Assembly (NCBI GenBank): GCA_021817325.1
Contig: JAKAVK010000022.1
Coordinates: forward strand, 1,077 to 65,076
Reading direction: 5' to 3'
Length of the DNA: 64,000 bases
Origin: Candidatus Micrarchaeota archaeon
Lineage (GTDB): Archaea; Micrarchaeota; Micrarchaeia; Micrarchaeales; CABMGC01
The notes under the pieces are model-generated. The model did no database searches. It saw only the letters and a program-made list of their open reading frames with translations, and was not told the DNA's origin. The translations under genes were made by a program, and so were the position numbers. Every line of letters begins with the position of its first letter. Position 1 is the first letter of the stretch. Below, piece by piece: positions 1 to 9,693 of the stretch.

Positions 1-921
1 CTGGATCGGGCCGAAGGCGTTGTGGAATGCAACTTCTATGCCAAACGGCTCAGCCATCGCAGCCACTTTGTAAGCCTCCCGTATGCCGGTGAAGTTTGTT
101 ATGTCTGGTTGTATTACGTCAACTGCGTTGTTTGTGAAGTACCCTATGAATAGATTCTTGTTCAGCACCCGCTCTCCAAGCGCAACCGGGCTCTTTATTG
201 CGCTCCTAAAACGCAGCAGGCCATCGAACTCGTCGGGGTGCACGGGTTCCTCCATGAAGAGGGGCGAATACTGTTCCAGCTGCTGGGCGGCCTTTATCGC
301 AGAGTTTGCATCGAATCTGCCATGGAATTCAAGCAGGATATCTGCTTTCTTCACAGCCCTCTTCACAGCGCCAACTACCTCGGAGGCATGATCTATCTGT
401 TTTTTGTCTATTGTATCATAAGCATCTAGGAAGGGATCGAATTTCAGTGCGGTCATGCCCTTTGACACTATGCCTCTTGCCTTCTTTGCGAACTCCTCTG
501 GAGTTTTGCAGTCGTCGTACCACCCGTTTGCATAGGCTCGTATTTTCTTCCTCAGCGCACCGCCGAGCATCTTGTAAACAGGCATCCCGTATATCTTTCC
601 GGTTATGTCTAGCATTGCTATCTCAAAGGCGCTTGCAGCAGAGGTGGTTTCCATAGATACAGGCATATAGAACGAGTTCCTGTATAGCTCTAGCATGTTC
701 TGGTTTATCTCTGTGGGATCCTTACCCTTAAGCATCCTTGCCACCTCGCGCATCTGTTCGTACACCGGCAGCGTCATCAGAGTGGTCGGGGCCTCCCCAT
801 ATCCGACTATGCCATCGCTTGTAGTCATCCGCAGTACGAGTATTGTGGAACTCCACGGACTTGATCTCTCCCGCCTCCCCTCTCCCAATTCCAGTATCTC
901 GATGTCAGTTATCCTCTGCAT
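1..921 (-). CDS. enolase-superfamily sugar-acid dehydratase (gluconate/galactonate dehydratase-like); C-terminus cut by window edge
   Basis: Not in the ORF track because no stop lies in the window. My minus-strand translation from ATG at 921 stays open to base 1 (307 codons): MQRITDIEILELGEGRR...GIVGYGEAP...FEIAMLDITGKIYGMPVYKMLGG...ALKFDPF...ILLEFHGRF...LFMEEPV...VALGERV...VIQPDI. This is mandelate racemase/MLE-type architecture. GGTGA lies just upstream of the ATG. Confidence 0.8.
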   Translation of the reverse strand, partial: MQRITDIEILELGEGRRERSSPWSSTILVLRMTTSDGIVGYGEAPTTLMTLPVYEQMREVARMLKGKDPTEINQNMLELYRNSFYMPVSMETTSAASAFEIAMLDITGKIYGMPVYKMLGGALRKKIRAYANGWYDDCKTPEEFAKKARGIVSKGMTALKFDPFLDAYDTIDKKQIDHASEVVGAVKRAVKKADILLEFHGRFDANSAIKAAQQLEQYSPLFMEEPVHPDEFDGLLRFRSAIKSPVALGERVLNKNLFIGYFTNNAVDVIQPDITNFTGIREAYKVAAMAEPFGIEVAFHNAFGPIQ

Positions 922-984
922 TGGTTCACCTACTTTCTCACTTTGACGGCAAAGGATAAATAGCTTTAAGCAGATTCCATCTTG

Positions 985-1902
985 ATGAGGAAGCAATTCG
1001 GAATAATCACCCCTGCCATCTCTCCTTTCCGCGAGGAGGGCATAGATGATGAAGCTGTGTCCAGGCTGGTCAGATATGCGAGGAAGATAGGGGTCCGCGG
1101 CATCTTCCCTGCTGGATCCACTGGCTGCGCTCCGCTAATGAGCGTGGAGCAACATATAGGCATAATCAGGGCATACGCAGACGAGAACGTAGGATCCATG
1201 AAGCTGTTTCCGGGCATTGGCAGGAACTCTGTATCGGATACGCTCACTGTTGCAAAGACAGCCATAAAGGCCGGCTGTGATGCTGTTGTGCTTGTGACCC
1301 CATATTACCTCCTGCTTGACAGGGCAGAGATAACTAGGTACTATGATATTCTACTAGACAAGATTGACCACGATGTAATTGTATACAATATTCCGCAGCT
1401 GACAGGGAACGGAATAGACGCGGTAATGGTGATGGACCTTCGGAAGAGGCACAGAAACCTGGTAGGCGTTAAGGATAGCAGCAAGAATGCAGCGGGATTC
1501 AGTGAGCTGTGCCGCCTGCTGCCCGAGGAGATGCTAGTCTTTCAGGGTGAGGATGACCTGTTGCTCTGGTCGCTTAAGGAAGGCGCGTCAGGGGGCGTAT
1601 GCGGCACAACGAACTTCACCGACCTTGCGGTAAGGGTGTACGATTCGCATGCTTCCAGGAAAGCGGCAGAAGCGCGAATGCTTCAGGCGCTGCTCACACG
1701 GGTGATGTCAGCTGCAAATGAGCTGGCCTTCCCGTCAAATTACAACTACCTGTTCTACAGGACTGTGATGGGCAGGGGCCTTACCAACGTAGTGCCGCCC
1801 CTTGCAGGAATAGCAGACAAGGAAGGTGACGGTGCATATAAGCGCATACAAGGGATGCTCAACAGCCGGAAGCGGATGTATGTGAGCAGAGGCCGTGAAT
1901 AA
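985..1902 (+). CDS. DapA/NAL-family class I aldolase, context suggests 2-keto-3-deoxy-(phospho)gluconate aldolase
   Basis: Track ORF 982..1902 starts at TTG 982; I prefer ATG 985. Motifs are 'GIFPAGSTGC', 'VVLVTPYY', 'IVYNIPQLTG' and the Schiff-base lysine context 'LVGVKDSS'. It is divergent from the dehydratase gene across a 63-bp gap. The substrate assignment is inference from neighbours. Confidence 0.72.
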   Translation: MRKQFGIITPAISPFREEGIDDEAVSRLVRYARKIGVRGIFPAGSTGCAPLMSVEQHIGIIRAYADENVGSMKLFPGIGRNSVSDTLTVAKTAIKAGCDAVVLVTPYYLLLDRAEITRYYDILLDKIDHDVIVYNIPQLTGNGIDAVMVMDLRKRHRNLVGVKDSSKNAAGFSELCRLLPEEMLVFQGEDDLLLWSLKEGASGGVCGTTNFTDLAVRVYDSHASRKAAEARMLQALLTRVMSAANELAFPSNYNYLFYRTVMGRGLTNVVPPLAGIADKEGDGAYKRIQGMLNSRKRMYVSRGRE

Positions 1903-1917
1903 TCCATGTGACGTTCT

Positions 1918-2220
1918 TTAACTTGAGGTACTTCCATATTCCGTGCCTGCTTCCCTCTCCAGCCTGTCCATGTTGTCCGCCGCATCCTTGTTTATCGTTG
2001 GTAATGTCCGCGCACGAATTTGGCCATCCTCTGCGAATCTGAGGGCTTTTGCCATGTATATTATACTTGATTTGCCACCGATCAGATCCCGTCCCATTTC
2101 TCCCACGAGGCCTCTATCGCCCTTCCGAAGTCGTCTTTTGTCGCGCCTGGGATCTCCTGAAAAGTTACCCATGCCAAGGTTCAGCCTCTCTATGCTCCTC
2201 CGCGCCCAGAGCCGGCCCAT
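1918..2220 (-). CDS. hypothetical small protein (100 aa)
   Basis: Track ORF only. Its composition is more protein-like than the overlapping + strand ORFs. I recognise no motif. Confidence 0.3.
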   Translation of the reverse strand: MGRLWARRSIERLNLGMGNFSGDPRRDKRRLRKGDRGLVGEMGRDLIGGKSSIIYMAKALRFAEDGQIRARTLPTINKDAADNMDRLEREAGTEYGSTSS

Positions 2221-2261
2221 TACTAGCTATGCACAACAGCATCTCTTTGCTCGTAATACAC

Positions 2262-3365
2262 TCATCCCTTGCTGCCAGGCATCTCGATCACGACCTTCAC
2301 CTGGCTCCTGTCTTCTAGAATATCATAACTATTGAACTCGCCAAACGGCACCCTGCGCGTTATCATGCTCCTCAGAAGGCCTGGATGCATCTTCTCTATC
2401 CTCGCCATGTCCCTTGCACCCTCCTCGAAATGGCCCTTGTTGGAATTGACAACGCCAACAGCCAGGCGGTTCCCCAAGACCATCTCGTAGTTGAGCCTGG
2501 CCATGTCCACCTGCTCCATATAGCTGCCTCCCGTCACGCTGACAAGGGATGTGATTCCATTCGGGCCGGTCATACGCATCGCATCGTAAATGACAGTCGG
2601 GCTGCCAGTCAGTTCAACCACCATGTCAATTGGCTTGCCTATCATTTCTGGAATGCCTGCCACACCGATTGCCTTGGAATCTATATGCTTTATCCCAATG
2701 CTCCTGAAGATCCTCTTCTTGAGCGCATTGCTGGCGGTCCTGTCGGCTGAGAAGACCTCGAGCCCGCGCAGGCGCAGCAGCATCGCGGCAAAGAGGCCAA
2801 CTGTGCCGGTTCCAAGAACAACTGCGACTTTTGGCTTCCACAGCATCCTGCGCTGTATCGCGAACGGCTGCGTCACCGCTTTCTCTGCTATGCTGAACGG
2901 CTCAAGCATGACCGCTGGCTCACGTATTGCGGCAGGTATCTTCACTAGATTCCCTGGGACTTCCTTGTAATACCGTGTCATGTATCCGTGGGCACCCTTT
3001 ATGCCGCGCTCTGTGTAGTTCCCGGTGAGGCACATGTCCGACTCGCCGGCTGCGCAGTTGGCGCACCCATCAGGCCTGCGCACAGTTGCGACGACATAAT
3101 CGCCTTCCTTAAGGCCGCTGGATCTGGCAGCTCTGCCCACCTCCTCTACGATGCCCAGCGATTCGTGTCCCACCACCAGGTACTTGCACCCCTTTGGTGC
3201 CTTGCCATAGTACCCCATCCCTATCTCCCTGTCTGTACCGTCAAGTCCGACCCTGACTACCCTAACCAAGACCTCGTCCTTTGATATGCGCGGCACCGGA
3301 ATGTCAACGAAATGCAGCGTACCCTTCCTCATCGGTATTATTGCAGCAGCTTTCATAAGTTCCAC
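2262..3365 (-). CDS. Zn-dependent MDR dehydrogenase, glucose 1-dehydrogenase-like
   Basis: Motifs are 'GTDRE', 'VVGHESLG', the Cys cluster 'RRPDGCANCAAGESDMC' and the Rossmann 'VVLGTGTVG'. From memory, the pattern matches archaeal glucose dehydrogenases of the non-phosphorylative ED pathway. The substrate is not provable from sequence. Confidence 0.7.
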   Translation of the reverse strand: MELMKAAAIIPMRKGTLHFVDIPVPRISKDEVLVRVVRVGLDGTDREIGMGYYGKAPKGCKYLVVGHESLGIVEEVGRAARSSGLKEGDYVVATVRRPDGCANCAAGESDMCLTGNYTERGIKGAHGYMTRYYKEVPGNLVKIPAAIREPAVMLEPFSIAEKAVTQPFAIQRRMLWKPKVAVVLGTGTVGLFAAMLLRLRGLEVFSADRTASNALKKRIFRSIGIKHIDSKAIGVAGIPEMIGKPIDMVVELTGSPTVIYDAMRMTGPNGITSLVSVTGGSYMEQVDMARLNYEMVLGNRLAVGVVNSNKGHFEEGARDMARIEKMHPGLLRSMITRRVPFGEFNSYDILEDRSQVKVVIEMPGSKG

Positions 3366-3979
3366 CTTCCCTCAAGCAGCAGCGCCCTTGCCGGGGAACC
3401 ATCCGTAGCCATGCGCAGCGGAAGCCCTATGAACGTATACTCTCCCGCCTTCACCCACTTCAGGTTCAATCCCTCGAACAGGGTCATGTTGTCTATTATC
3501 AACGCGTGCACATCATCGTCCTTACCGAATTTCTTTACGCTCAGGTAATCTATCCCCAGGGTCCTGACACCTGCGCTTATAAGGTATTTTGCAGCGTCCA
3601 TGTCCACATGGGCGAAGTCCTTCCTGAAACGCGCATATTGTCTGACGGAGTTGTTGGTCTTCAGCAAAACTATCCTGCTGCCGCCGATCCTGCCCTTCAG
3701 ATCGCTCCCGTGTATCTCGTTACCGTGCTTTGTCAGATCCAGCACCCTGCACCTGCCCATGCAGGAGTCAAGCCTTATCCTGTCTGCAGTGTAGCCGCTG
3801 TTGGATACGTGCCTGCCGGCGTCTACGTGAGTGCCGGTATGCGAGCCCATACTTATAAGCGACTCGTTGGTCTTGTTGCGCGGAATCCTTGAGTATAAGC
3901 GTATTCTAGGTGCGGGGTTCCCTGGGTAAATAAGCATGCCTTCACGGATCATCATCGATATGTCGTGTATCCTCTTCAC
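3353..3979 (-). CDS. putative cyclase / kynurenine formamidase family protein
   Basis: 'MGSHTGTHVDAGRH' is the HxGTHxDxxxH motif of the cyclase/arylformamidase family. A 13-nt overlap with the downstream dehydrogenase gene suggests co-transcription. Confidence 0.7.
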   Translation of the reverse strand: MKRIHDISMMIREGMLIYPGNPAPRIRLYSRIPRNKTNESLISMGSHTGTHVDAGRHVSNSGYTADRIRLDSCMGRCRVLDLTKHGNEIHGSDLKGRIGGSRIVLLKTNNSVRQYARFRKDFAHVDMDAAKYLISAGVRTLGIDYLSVKKFGKDDDVHALIIDNMTLFEGLNLKWVKAGEYTFIGLPLRMATDGSPARALLLEGRWNL

Positions 3980-4173
3980 TTATACAACTCAGTTGTGTAA
4001 TAAGACAGAATCTTGCGTGCACGTATTTATAGGTTACACAGGAGCTTCTTCAGCTGGGGATGCGACCGGTGGATTGATGTCAGGAATCATGGGCAACTGC
4101 AGAACTGCGGCGCTTGTATCCGATGCCGTGATAAAGAGCTAGAGTGGCACCAGCATCGATGCGCAGCCCTAGC

Positions 4174-4944
4174 TTAATCCTTTGAGCCTCTTGTTTCGTC
4201 CTGGTCCCTATCCAAGGTTTTCGTGAGCATGTCGGCTGCGATCGTCACCGGGTTTATTATATTGTCCACTTCCAGATCAGAGAGATGGGTTTCTGCCTCT
4301 GCGTTGCTCGCCACTACCGAGATCCTGACGTTCTTTGCCAGCTTTCTGACCACCAGCACCACGTACACCGTCTTTGACGGATCCCTCAGGTCTATCAGTA
4401 TGTCAGTTGCCTTCTCGAGCCTGAACTTCTCCAATTCGGACCTTGACGTATAGTCCTCAACGAATGCCGGATAGCCTTTCTTTCTCAGTGCGTCTGCGGT
4501 AGGCTTGTCGCCCGTTATTATCACGAAATTCCTTCTCTGCGACTTGAGCCTCTGTGCTACAAGCGCATTCGTAGAGTCGTATCCTATTAGAACGATATGA
4601 CTGTCCATCCTCTTCCTGTCCACGCTGTTGGTACCAGAATAAAGCTTTTCTACCCTTGAACTCAAGAATTCACCCGAAAGCACAGTTATTGCGCTAAGGA
4701 ATATACTTAGTCCAGATATTATTAAAATTATCACGAACGCCCTGCCTATCGCTGTCACAGGAACTATGTCCCCGTATCCCACTGTGGAGATGGTGACAAT
4801 GGTGAAGTATATCGCGCTGCTGAGCGACATGGTATTGACATTGAAGTCGCCTTCCCTGCCCAGCACGTATGTGCCTACAGTTCCGTACGTGAGCACCGCG
4901 GCTATCGCAATGACGTAGAATGCAATCCTCCTGTTTATCTCCAT
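4174..4944 (-). CDS. two-TM K+ channel with C-terminal RCK/TrkA-N domain
   Basis: The selectivity filter 'TVGYGD' sits between two hydrophobic helices. It is followed by an NAD-fold-like 'HIVLIGYDSTNALVAQRL'. Confidence 0.8.
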   Translation of the reverse strand: MEINRRIAFYVIAIAAVLTYGTVGTYVLGREGDFNVNTMSLSSAIYFTIVTISTVGYGDIVPVTAIGRAFVIILIISGLSIFLSAITVLSGEFLSSRVEKLYSGTNSVDRKRMDSHIVLIGYDSTNALVAQRLKSQRRNFVIITGDKPTADALRKKGYPAFVEDYTSRSELEKFRLEKATDILIDLRDPSKTVYVVLVVRKLAKNVRISVVASNAEAETHLSDLEVDNIINPVTIAADMLTKTLDRDQDETRGSKD

Positions 4945-4980
4945 GAACCTATTTCGCCATTAAGATTAATGAATTTGTTT

Positions 4981-6180
4981 CTATGCCTTGAATTCCCCGC
5001 CCATGCGCATGAGTATGACCGCAGCGGCAAGAGAAACAACAAAGGCATACAGATAGGAATAAAATGGGCTCAGGGCATACAGTATTCCCATACCTGCATT
5101 GGCTATGAAGAGTCCTATGCTTCTTGACGATGTCAGATACCCCATCTTCTTGCTCATTTCCCTCCTTGAGGAGATGAACGATATTATGGTTGGCTCGAAC
5201 GTCTCTATAGAACCCAGTGCAACTCCCATGAGCGCTACCGCGATGTATGATACTGCTATTCCCATGCCGAGCGCATAGGCCAACCCGATCAGAAGTGACG
5301 CGAAGGCGGCCAGCATGTACCCGAGTATTGAGAGGCCCCTTATCATACCGATCCTTCTCGCGTTAATGCCTATAATGTAACCTGCGGCAGCGGAAACGGC
5401 CAGATATATCAGGTATGATAGTATTCCGAGGGGACTGCTGTGCGCCTCCTGTGCGATAGTGAGCACTGGGAAGCCAAGACTGTAGAAGCTGAATCCGAAT
5501 AGGGCTGTGGCAAGCAGCACCCCTTTTAGAGTGCGCCTGTTCGCCCTCGCACTTTCCTGGATCTCGGATTTGCCCTTGACCACAGGGGCGGCGGGCGCCT
5601 TCTTCCTGCCCACCGTGACAGGTAGCAGGCAGAGCGTAGATATTGCGATCGGAATGGCTGTGAGTATGAAGATTGTACCGATGCCGAATTTCAGGTGCAG
5701 CAGGATCAGCAGGTACAATACCGCTATCGCGCCGCCGCCCACGTCGAATGCGTGGAGCATGCCGAATGCGCGGCCTCTCTCTCCCTTTGAAGCTGCGTCT
5801 GACAGCATCGCCCTCCTTGGAGGCGATCTGAAGTTCCTCGACCACCAGCCTGTTGTAAATAGCGCTATCGATTGCATGGCACTTGCTGCAAAGCCGGTAA
5901 GCGGCATCAGGAGTATGAATATGTTTCCTGCGATGGCTGCCTTGCGCTTCCCTAATGCATCGCCAAGGCGGCCGCCTATGTAGCCGAAGACCGCGCCGCC
6001 CCCGTAGGATATCGCGTATGCGATGCCCAGGAGGTACGCAGGCGCCTTGAGCACAAAGACGAGGAAGACCGGAAATCCAGCGAGGATCGCCTGATATCCC
6101 ATGTCGGCAAAGAATGCCGAGAGGCTCAGCAGTATGGCGTTCCTATTTATCCACCACTTTTTCGCTGCCACACGCTCCAC
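4981..6180 (-). CDS. MFS transporter
   Basis: Polytopic hydrophobic profile with the loop motif 'GRLGDALGKRK', typical of the MFS TM2-3 loop. Confidence 0.72.
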   Translation of the reverse strand: MERVAAKKWWINRNAILLSLSAFFADMGYQAILAGFPVFLVFVLKAPAYLLGIAYAISYGGGAVFGYIGGRLGDALGKRKAAIAGNIFILLMPLTGFAASAMQSIALFTTGWWSRNFRSPPRRAMLSDAASKGERGRAFGMLHAFDVGGGAIAVLYLLILLHLKFGIGTIFILTAIPIAISTLCLLPVTVGRKKAPAAPVVKGKSEIQESARANRRTLKGVLLATALFGFSFYSLGFPVLTIAQEAHSSPLGILSYLIYLAVSAAAGYIIGINARRIGMIRGLSILGYMLAAFASLLIGLAYALGMGIAVSYIAVALMGVALGSIETFEPTIISFISSRREMSKKMGYLTSSRSIGLFIANAGMGILYALSPFYSYLYAFVVSLAAAVILMRMGGEFKA

Positions 6181-6207
6181 CGTAAGATAACTCTTGATGC
6201 GGCCAAT

Positions 6208-6215
6208 TTATATAG
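6208..6215 (-). promoter_or_regulatory. TATA-box candidate for the MFS gene (leaderless-type spacing)
   Basis: The minus strand reads TATATAAA, 28-35 nt upstream of the ATG at 6180. Confidence 0.35.
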
Positions 6216-6303
6216 ACTATTGATTGACATCTTTGGCAAGAGGGCATTTTCGTAGACGATCCTTAAAAATAGGCGGGCGCCAACAGGATAACTAGGTGAA
6301 TGC

Positions 6304-6546
6304 ATGCGGGTTACTAGAAGCGCATTCTTGGATGCAACCACTGCGGTAGCAAAGGCCATGGAAAGCGGCAACGGATCAGGTCCCTTGGACATAGTTGACA
6401 GAGTAATACGCGATGTAGACAGAACGCATAAGCAACCTATAGCTGGGCTCCGTCATGCATACAGTTCAGACTGTCCAGTATGTGAAAAGCTCAGCGTGCT
6501 GGGCAGGGTTAGGAGAGAACTCATCGAGCTGGAGGGGCGCGAGTAA
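6304..6546 (+). CDS. hypothetical small protein (80 aa)
   Basis: Track ORF only. It contains a single 'CPVC' and no family I can name. Confidence 0.3.
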   Translation: MRVTRSAFLDATTAVAKAMESGNGSGPLDIVDRVIRDVDRTHKQPIAGLRHAYSSDCPVCEKLSVLGRVRRELIELEGRE

Positions 6547-6582
6547 TGCTGGCCGCTGGCAGCTGTGGGTGTTTTGGCAGGG

Positions 6583-6592
6583 TAATATATTT
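6583..6592 (+). promoter_or_regulatory. TATA-box candidate for tag
   Basis: TAATATATTT lies 28-37 nt upstream of ATG 6620. Confidence 0.35.
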
Positions 6593-6619
6593 ACGGCCTG
6601 CAACTATATCCTGATCTTG

Positions 6620-7186
6620 ATGGATAAGAGAAGAAGATGCGAATGGGCTTCGCCCGATCCGCTATACGTACGCTACCATGATACTGAATGGGGCGTGCCT
6701 GTCCATGATGACAGGAAGCTCTTTGAGTTTCTTGTCCTTGAAGGGGCGCAGGCAGGGCTTAGCTGGTTTACAGTGCTAAAGAAACGCGAGAACTACAAAA
6801 GGGCATTTGATGGTTTTGACCCGCTTAAGGTTTCCAGGTACGGGAAGAGTAAGGTAAGCGAGCTGCTGAACGACAGCGGGATAATACGCAACAGGCTCAA
6901 GATAGAGGCTGCAATAGATAATGCAGGAGCATTCCTCGGGGTGCAGAAAGAGTTCGGGAGCTTCGACTCGTATATATGGCAGTTCACAGGAGGAAAGACG
7001 ATAAGGAACAGATGGACAAGCATAGAGCAGGTCCCTGCATCCACAAGGGTGTCGGATGCAATGAGCAAGGATCTGAAGGCTAGGGGATTCCGTTTTGTCG
7101 GGACTACAATATGCTATTCGCATATGCAGGCTACAGGCATGGTAAACGACCACATCACTTCATGCTTCCGCTACAATGAGCTTTAA
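6620..7186 (+). CDS. tag: DNA-3-methyladenine glycosylase I
   Basis: Trimmed from track ORF 6455 to the internal ATG. 'RCEWASPDPLYVRYHDTEWGVPVHDDRKLFEFLVLEGAQAGLSWFTVLKKRENYKRAF...FRFVGTTICYSHMQATGMVNDH' is near-colinear with E. coli Tag as I remember it. Confidence 0.88.
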   Translation: MDKRRRCEWASPDPLYVRYHDTEWGVPVHDDRKLFEFLVLEGAQAGLSWFTVLKKRENYKRAFDGFDPLKVSRYGKSKVSELLNDSGIIRNRLKIEAAIDNAGAFLGVQKEFGSFDSYIWQFTGGKTIRNRWTSIEQVPASTRVSDAMSKDLKARGFRFVGTTICYSHMQATGMVNDHITSCFRYNEL

Positions 7187-8361
7187 GATAATCTGTTCTT
7201 GTAGTCTTCGTATCCGAATCTCCTTACTATCCTTACCTTCCCGGTATCTGGATTATATCTTGCTATCGAAGGATGCCTCACTCCGTTGAACGTAGTGGTC
7301 TTCACCATCGAATAATGAGCCATGTCCAGAAAGACCAGCCTCTCCCCGACCTTCAGCCTTCTTTGGAATGAGTAATCCCCTATCACATCCCCAGCCAGGC
7401 AGGTGAGCCCGCCGAGGCGGTATGTGTATCTCCGCTCCCCTGGCTTTCCAGCGCCTATTATCTGCGGCCTGTAAGGGCCGGCCAGTACATCTGGCATATG
7501 CGCTTCTGCAGAAGTGTCGAGTATTGCTATGTCGACCCCGTTGTGCACTATGTCAAGAACTGTTGAGACAAGGATCCCGGCGTTAAGTGCAACCGCTTCA
7601 CCTGGTTCAAGGTAGACCTGCACGCCGTATTTCCTCTTGAAGTTGTTTATTGTCCTTATCAGAAGCTCCCTGTCGTAGTCCGATCTAGTGATGTGGTGCC
7701 CTCCTCCGAAGTTGACCCATTTCATCCTTGATATGTACTTACCGTACCGTTTCTCGAACGAATCCAGTACGTGCACCAGCGCGTCTGCATTCTGCTCGCA
7801 TAGGGCATGGAAGTGCAGGCCGTCTATCATTCTTATCACCCGCTCGGAGAGGTCCGCATATGGTGCGCCGAGCCTGGATCCGGGCAAGGTTGGATTGTAT
7901 AGTGCGTTTTTTACATTTGAATGGCCGGGATTCACCCGCAGTCCGAGTTCGATCTTCTTACCGCTTCTTGCCACCGCATCTCCGTATCTTTCCAGCTGCG
8001 CGGCGGAGTTGAAGATTATCTTGTCAGAGTACCTTATAGCATCCCTGATATCGCTGACGGAGTATGCAGGGGCGTATGTCACGACTTCCTTTTTGAACTC
8101 CTCGCGGCCTAGCCTGGCCTCTATCGGCCCGCTTGCGGATATTCCATCCAGATACTTCCTGATTATTGGAAAGGTGCTGTGCATCGCGAATGCCTTGAGG
8201 GCCAGCAAGATCCTTGCGCCGGTGCGCTTTCTGACCTCTGCAAGCACCTTCGCGTTGCCTTCCAGCAGGCGCTCGTTAACCAAGAAGGCTGGGCTCTCTA
8301 TACGGTCTGTAACGCCCTTTGGGAAATCCTTAAGCTTGTTTACATTGAAGTTCTCTCTCAT
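7183..8361 (-). CDS. nspC: carboxynorspermidine/carboxyspermidine decarboxylase
   Basis: A 392-aa PLP-decarboxylase (alanine racemase fold)-like protein with 'FHALCEQNAD', 'VNFGGGHHITR' and 'LEPGEAVALNAGILV'. It is paired with a saccharopine-dehydrogenase-family gene, as in the alternative (nor)spermidine pathway. Confidence 0.78.
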   Translation of the reverse strand: MRENFNVNKLKDFPKGVTDRIESPAFLVNERLLEGNAKVLAEVRKRTGARILLALKAFAMHSTFPIIRKYLDGISASGPIEARLGREEFKKEVVTYAPAYSVSDIRDAIRYSDKIIFNSAAQLERYGDAVARSGKKIELGLRVNPGHSNVKNALYNPTLPGSRLGAPYADLSERVIRMIDGLHFHALCEQNADALVHVLDSFEKRYGKYISRMKWVNFGGGHHITRSDYDRELLIRTINNFKRKYGVQVYLEPGEAVALNAGILVSTVLDIVHNGVDIAILDTSAEAHMPDVLAGPYRPQIIGAGKPGERRYTYRLGGLTCLAGDVIGDYSFQRRLKVGERLVFLDMAHYSMVKTTTFNGVRHPSIARYNPDTGKVRIVRRFGYEDYKNRLS

Positions 8362-8368
8362 AGCAACA

Positions 8369-9604
8369 CTATTCTGGGAGCCGTGAATCGAAATCGACCG
8401 GCTTCCATGGCAACCCGTACTTGTTCAATGCGTCCATGAACGGGTCAGGATCCAGCTGCTCGACATTGAATACGCCGCTGCCTCTCCAGGAACCGTTTAG
8501 CATGAGCATCGCCCCTATCATTGCTGGCACTCCGGTTGTATAAGAAACGGCCTGTGCACCGACCTCCTTGTATGACTCCTCGTGGTCGCAGACGTTGTAT
8601 ATGTAGACCGACTTGCTCTTTCCGTCCTTCATCCCTGACAGGATGTTGCCTATTACCGTCTTGCCGACGTAGTTCGTACCTAGCGTGGCAGGGTCCGGCA
8701 GCAGCTGTTTTAGGAATTTTATAGGCACTACCTTTGTGCCGTTGTACTCGACCTCGTCAATACGGGTCATGCCAACGTTCTGCAATACTCGCAGGTGCGT
8801 AAGGTAGTTCTCGGAAAATGTCATCCAGAATCTGATTCTCTTAAGGCCCCTGATGTTCCTCACCAGCGACTCGAGCTCCTCGTGATAGAGCAGGTAGCTC
8901 TCCTTCTCGCCTACGACAGGGTAATTGAAGCTGAAATGCACGCTCGTCGGGTCCAGAATTGGTGGCCTCTCTATCCACTGCCCGTTCTCCCAGTATCTTA
9001 CAACCTGCGTCACCTCCCTTATGTTTATCTCAGGATTGAAGTTCGTGGCAAATGGATGCCCGTGGTTGCCTGCATTGCAATCTAATATGTCTATGTAATT
9101 TATCTCATCGAACAGATGCTTCTGGGAATAAGCGCAGAAGACGTTTGATACCCCGGGATCGAAACCGCACCCGAGCACGGCCATCAGCCCCTTCTGCCTG
9201 AATTTCTCCTGATAAGCCCACTGCCATCGGTACTCGAAGTGTGCAACATCCGGTGGCTCGTAATTTGCGGTGTCAAGGTAGTTTACCCCGGCCTCGAGGC
9301 ACGCGTCCATTATGGCAAGATCCTGATATGGAAGCGCGACATTGACCACAAGCTGCGGATTGAACCTCTTTATCAGCGCTACGAGCTGTGCGACGTCATT
9401 CGCATCGACCTTTGCAGTATCTATCTCCCTTCCATATCGCTTCCTTATCTCCGCCTTTATCCGCTCGCATTTGGAGACGGTGCGGCTTGCTAGCATTATT
9501 CCTGAGAAGACCCCCGGTACTTGCGCGCACTTGTGCGCCACCACGCTTCCCACTCCGCCTGCGCCTATGATCAGTACCTTTCCCGCCATTGTTATCTTAG
9601 TCAT
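8369..9604 (-). CDS. saccharopine dehydrogenase family protein, carboxynorspermidine synthase-like
   Basis: It has an N-terminal Rossmann 'VLIIGAGGVGSVVA' and a typical length of 411 aa. It lies immediately upstream of nspC on the same strand. Confidence 0.72.
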   Translation of the reverse strand: MTKITMAGKVLIIGAGGVGSVVAHKCAQVPGVFSGIMLASRTVSKCERIKAEIRKRYGREIDTAKVDANDVAQLVALIKRFNPQLVVNVALPYQDLAIMDACLEAGVNYLDTANYEPPDVAHFEYRWQWAYQEKFRQKGLMAVLGCGFDPGVSNVFCAYSQKHLFDEINYIDILDCNAGNHGHPFATNFNPEINIREVTQVVRYWENGQWIERPPILDPTSVHFSFNYPVVGEKESYLLYHEELESLVRNIRGLKRIRFWMTFSENYLTHLRVLQNVGMTRIDEVEYNGTKVVPIKFLKQLLPDPATLGTNYVGKTVIGNILSGMKDGKSKSVYIYNVCDHEESYKEVGAQAVSYTTGVPAMIGAMLMLNGSWRGSGVFNVEQLDPDPFMDALNKYGLPWKPVDFDSRLPE

Positions 9605-9663
9605 TAATGTCGCAGTTTCTTATTAAACATTTCCTTGCGCCCGGCTGCCGTGCTCGCGAAGTG

Positions 9664-9675
9664 TTTTTATTTATT
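9664..9675 (+). promoter_or_regulatory. TATA-box candidate for the APC permease gene
   Basis: TTTTTATTTATT lies 19-30 nt upstream of ATG 9694. Confidence 0.3.
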
Positions 9676-9693
9676 CTGCATGATACACTAACG

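Noticed and set aside
83-946. Four + strand track ORFs in the first 950 nt
   Set aside because: The minus strand is open across the whole interval and encodes a clear enolase-superfamily dehydratase. That gene is absent from the track only because it lacks a stop inside the window.
6455-6619. N-terminal extensions of track ORFs. This one, plus 9607-9693, 40557-40646, 43263-43316, 31525-31617, 54937-55008 and 26359-26466.
   Set aside because: The extensions translate to junk and run through TATA-like boxes or the upstream gene. Homology starts at the internal Met in each case.
7688-8386. 232-aa + ORF
   Set aside because: It is antisense to nspC.
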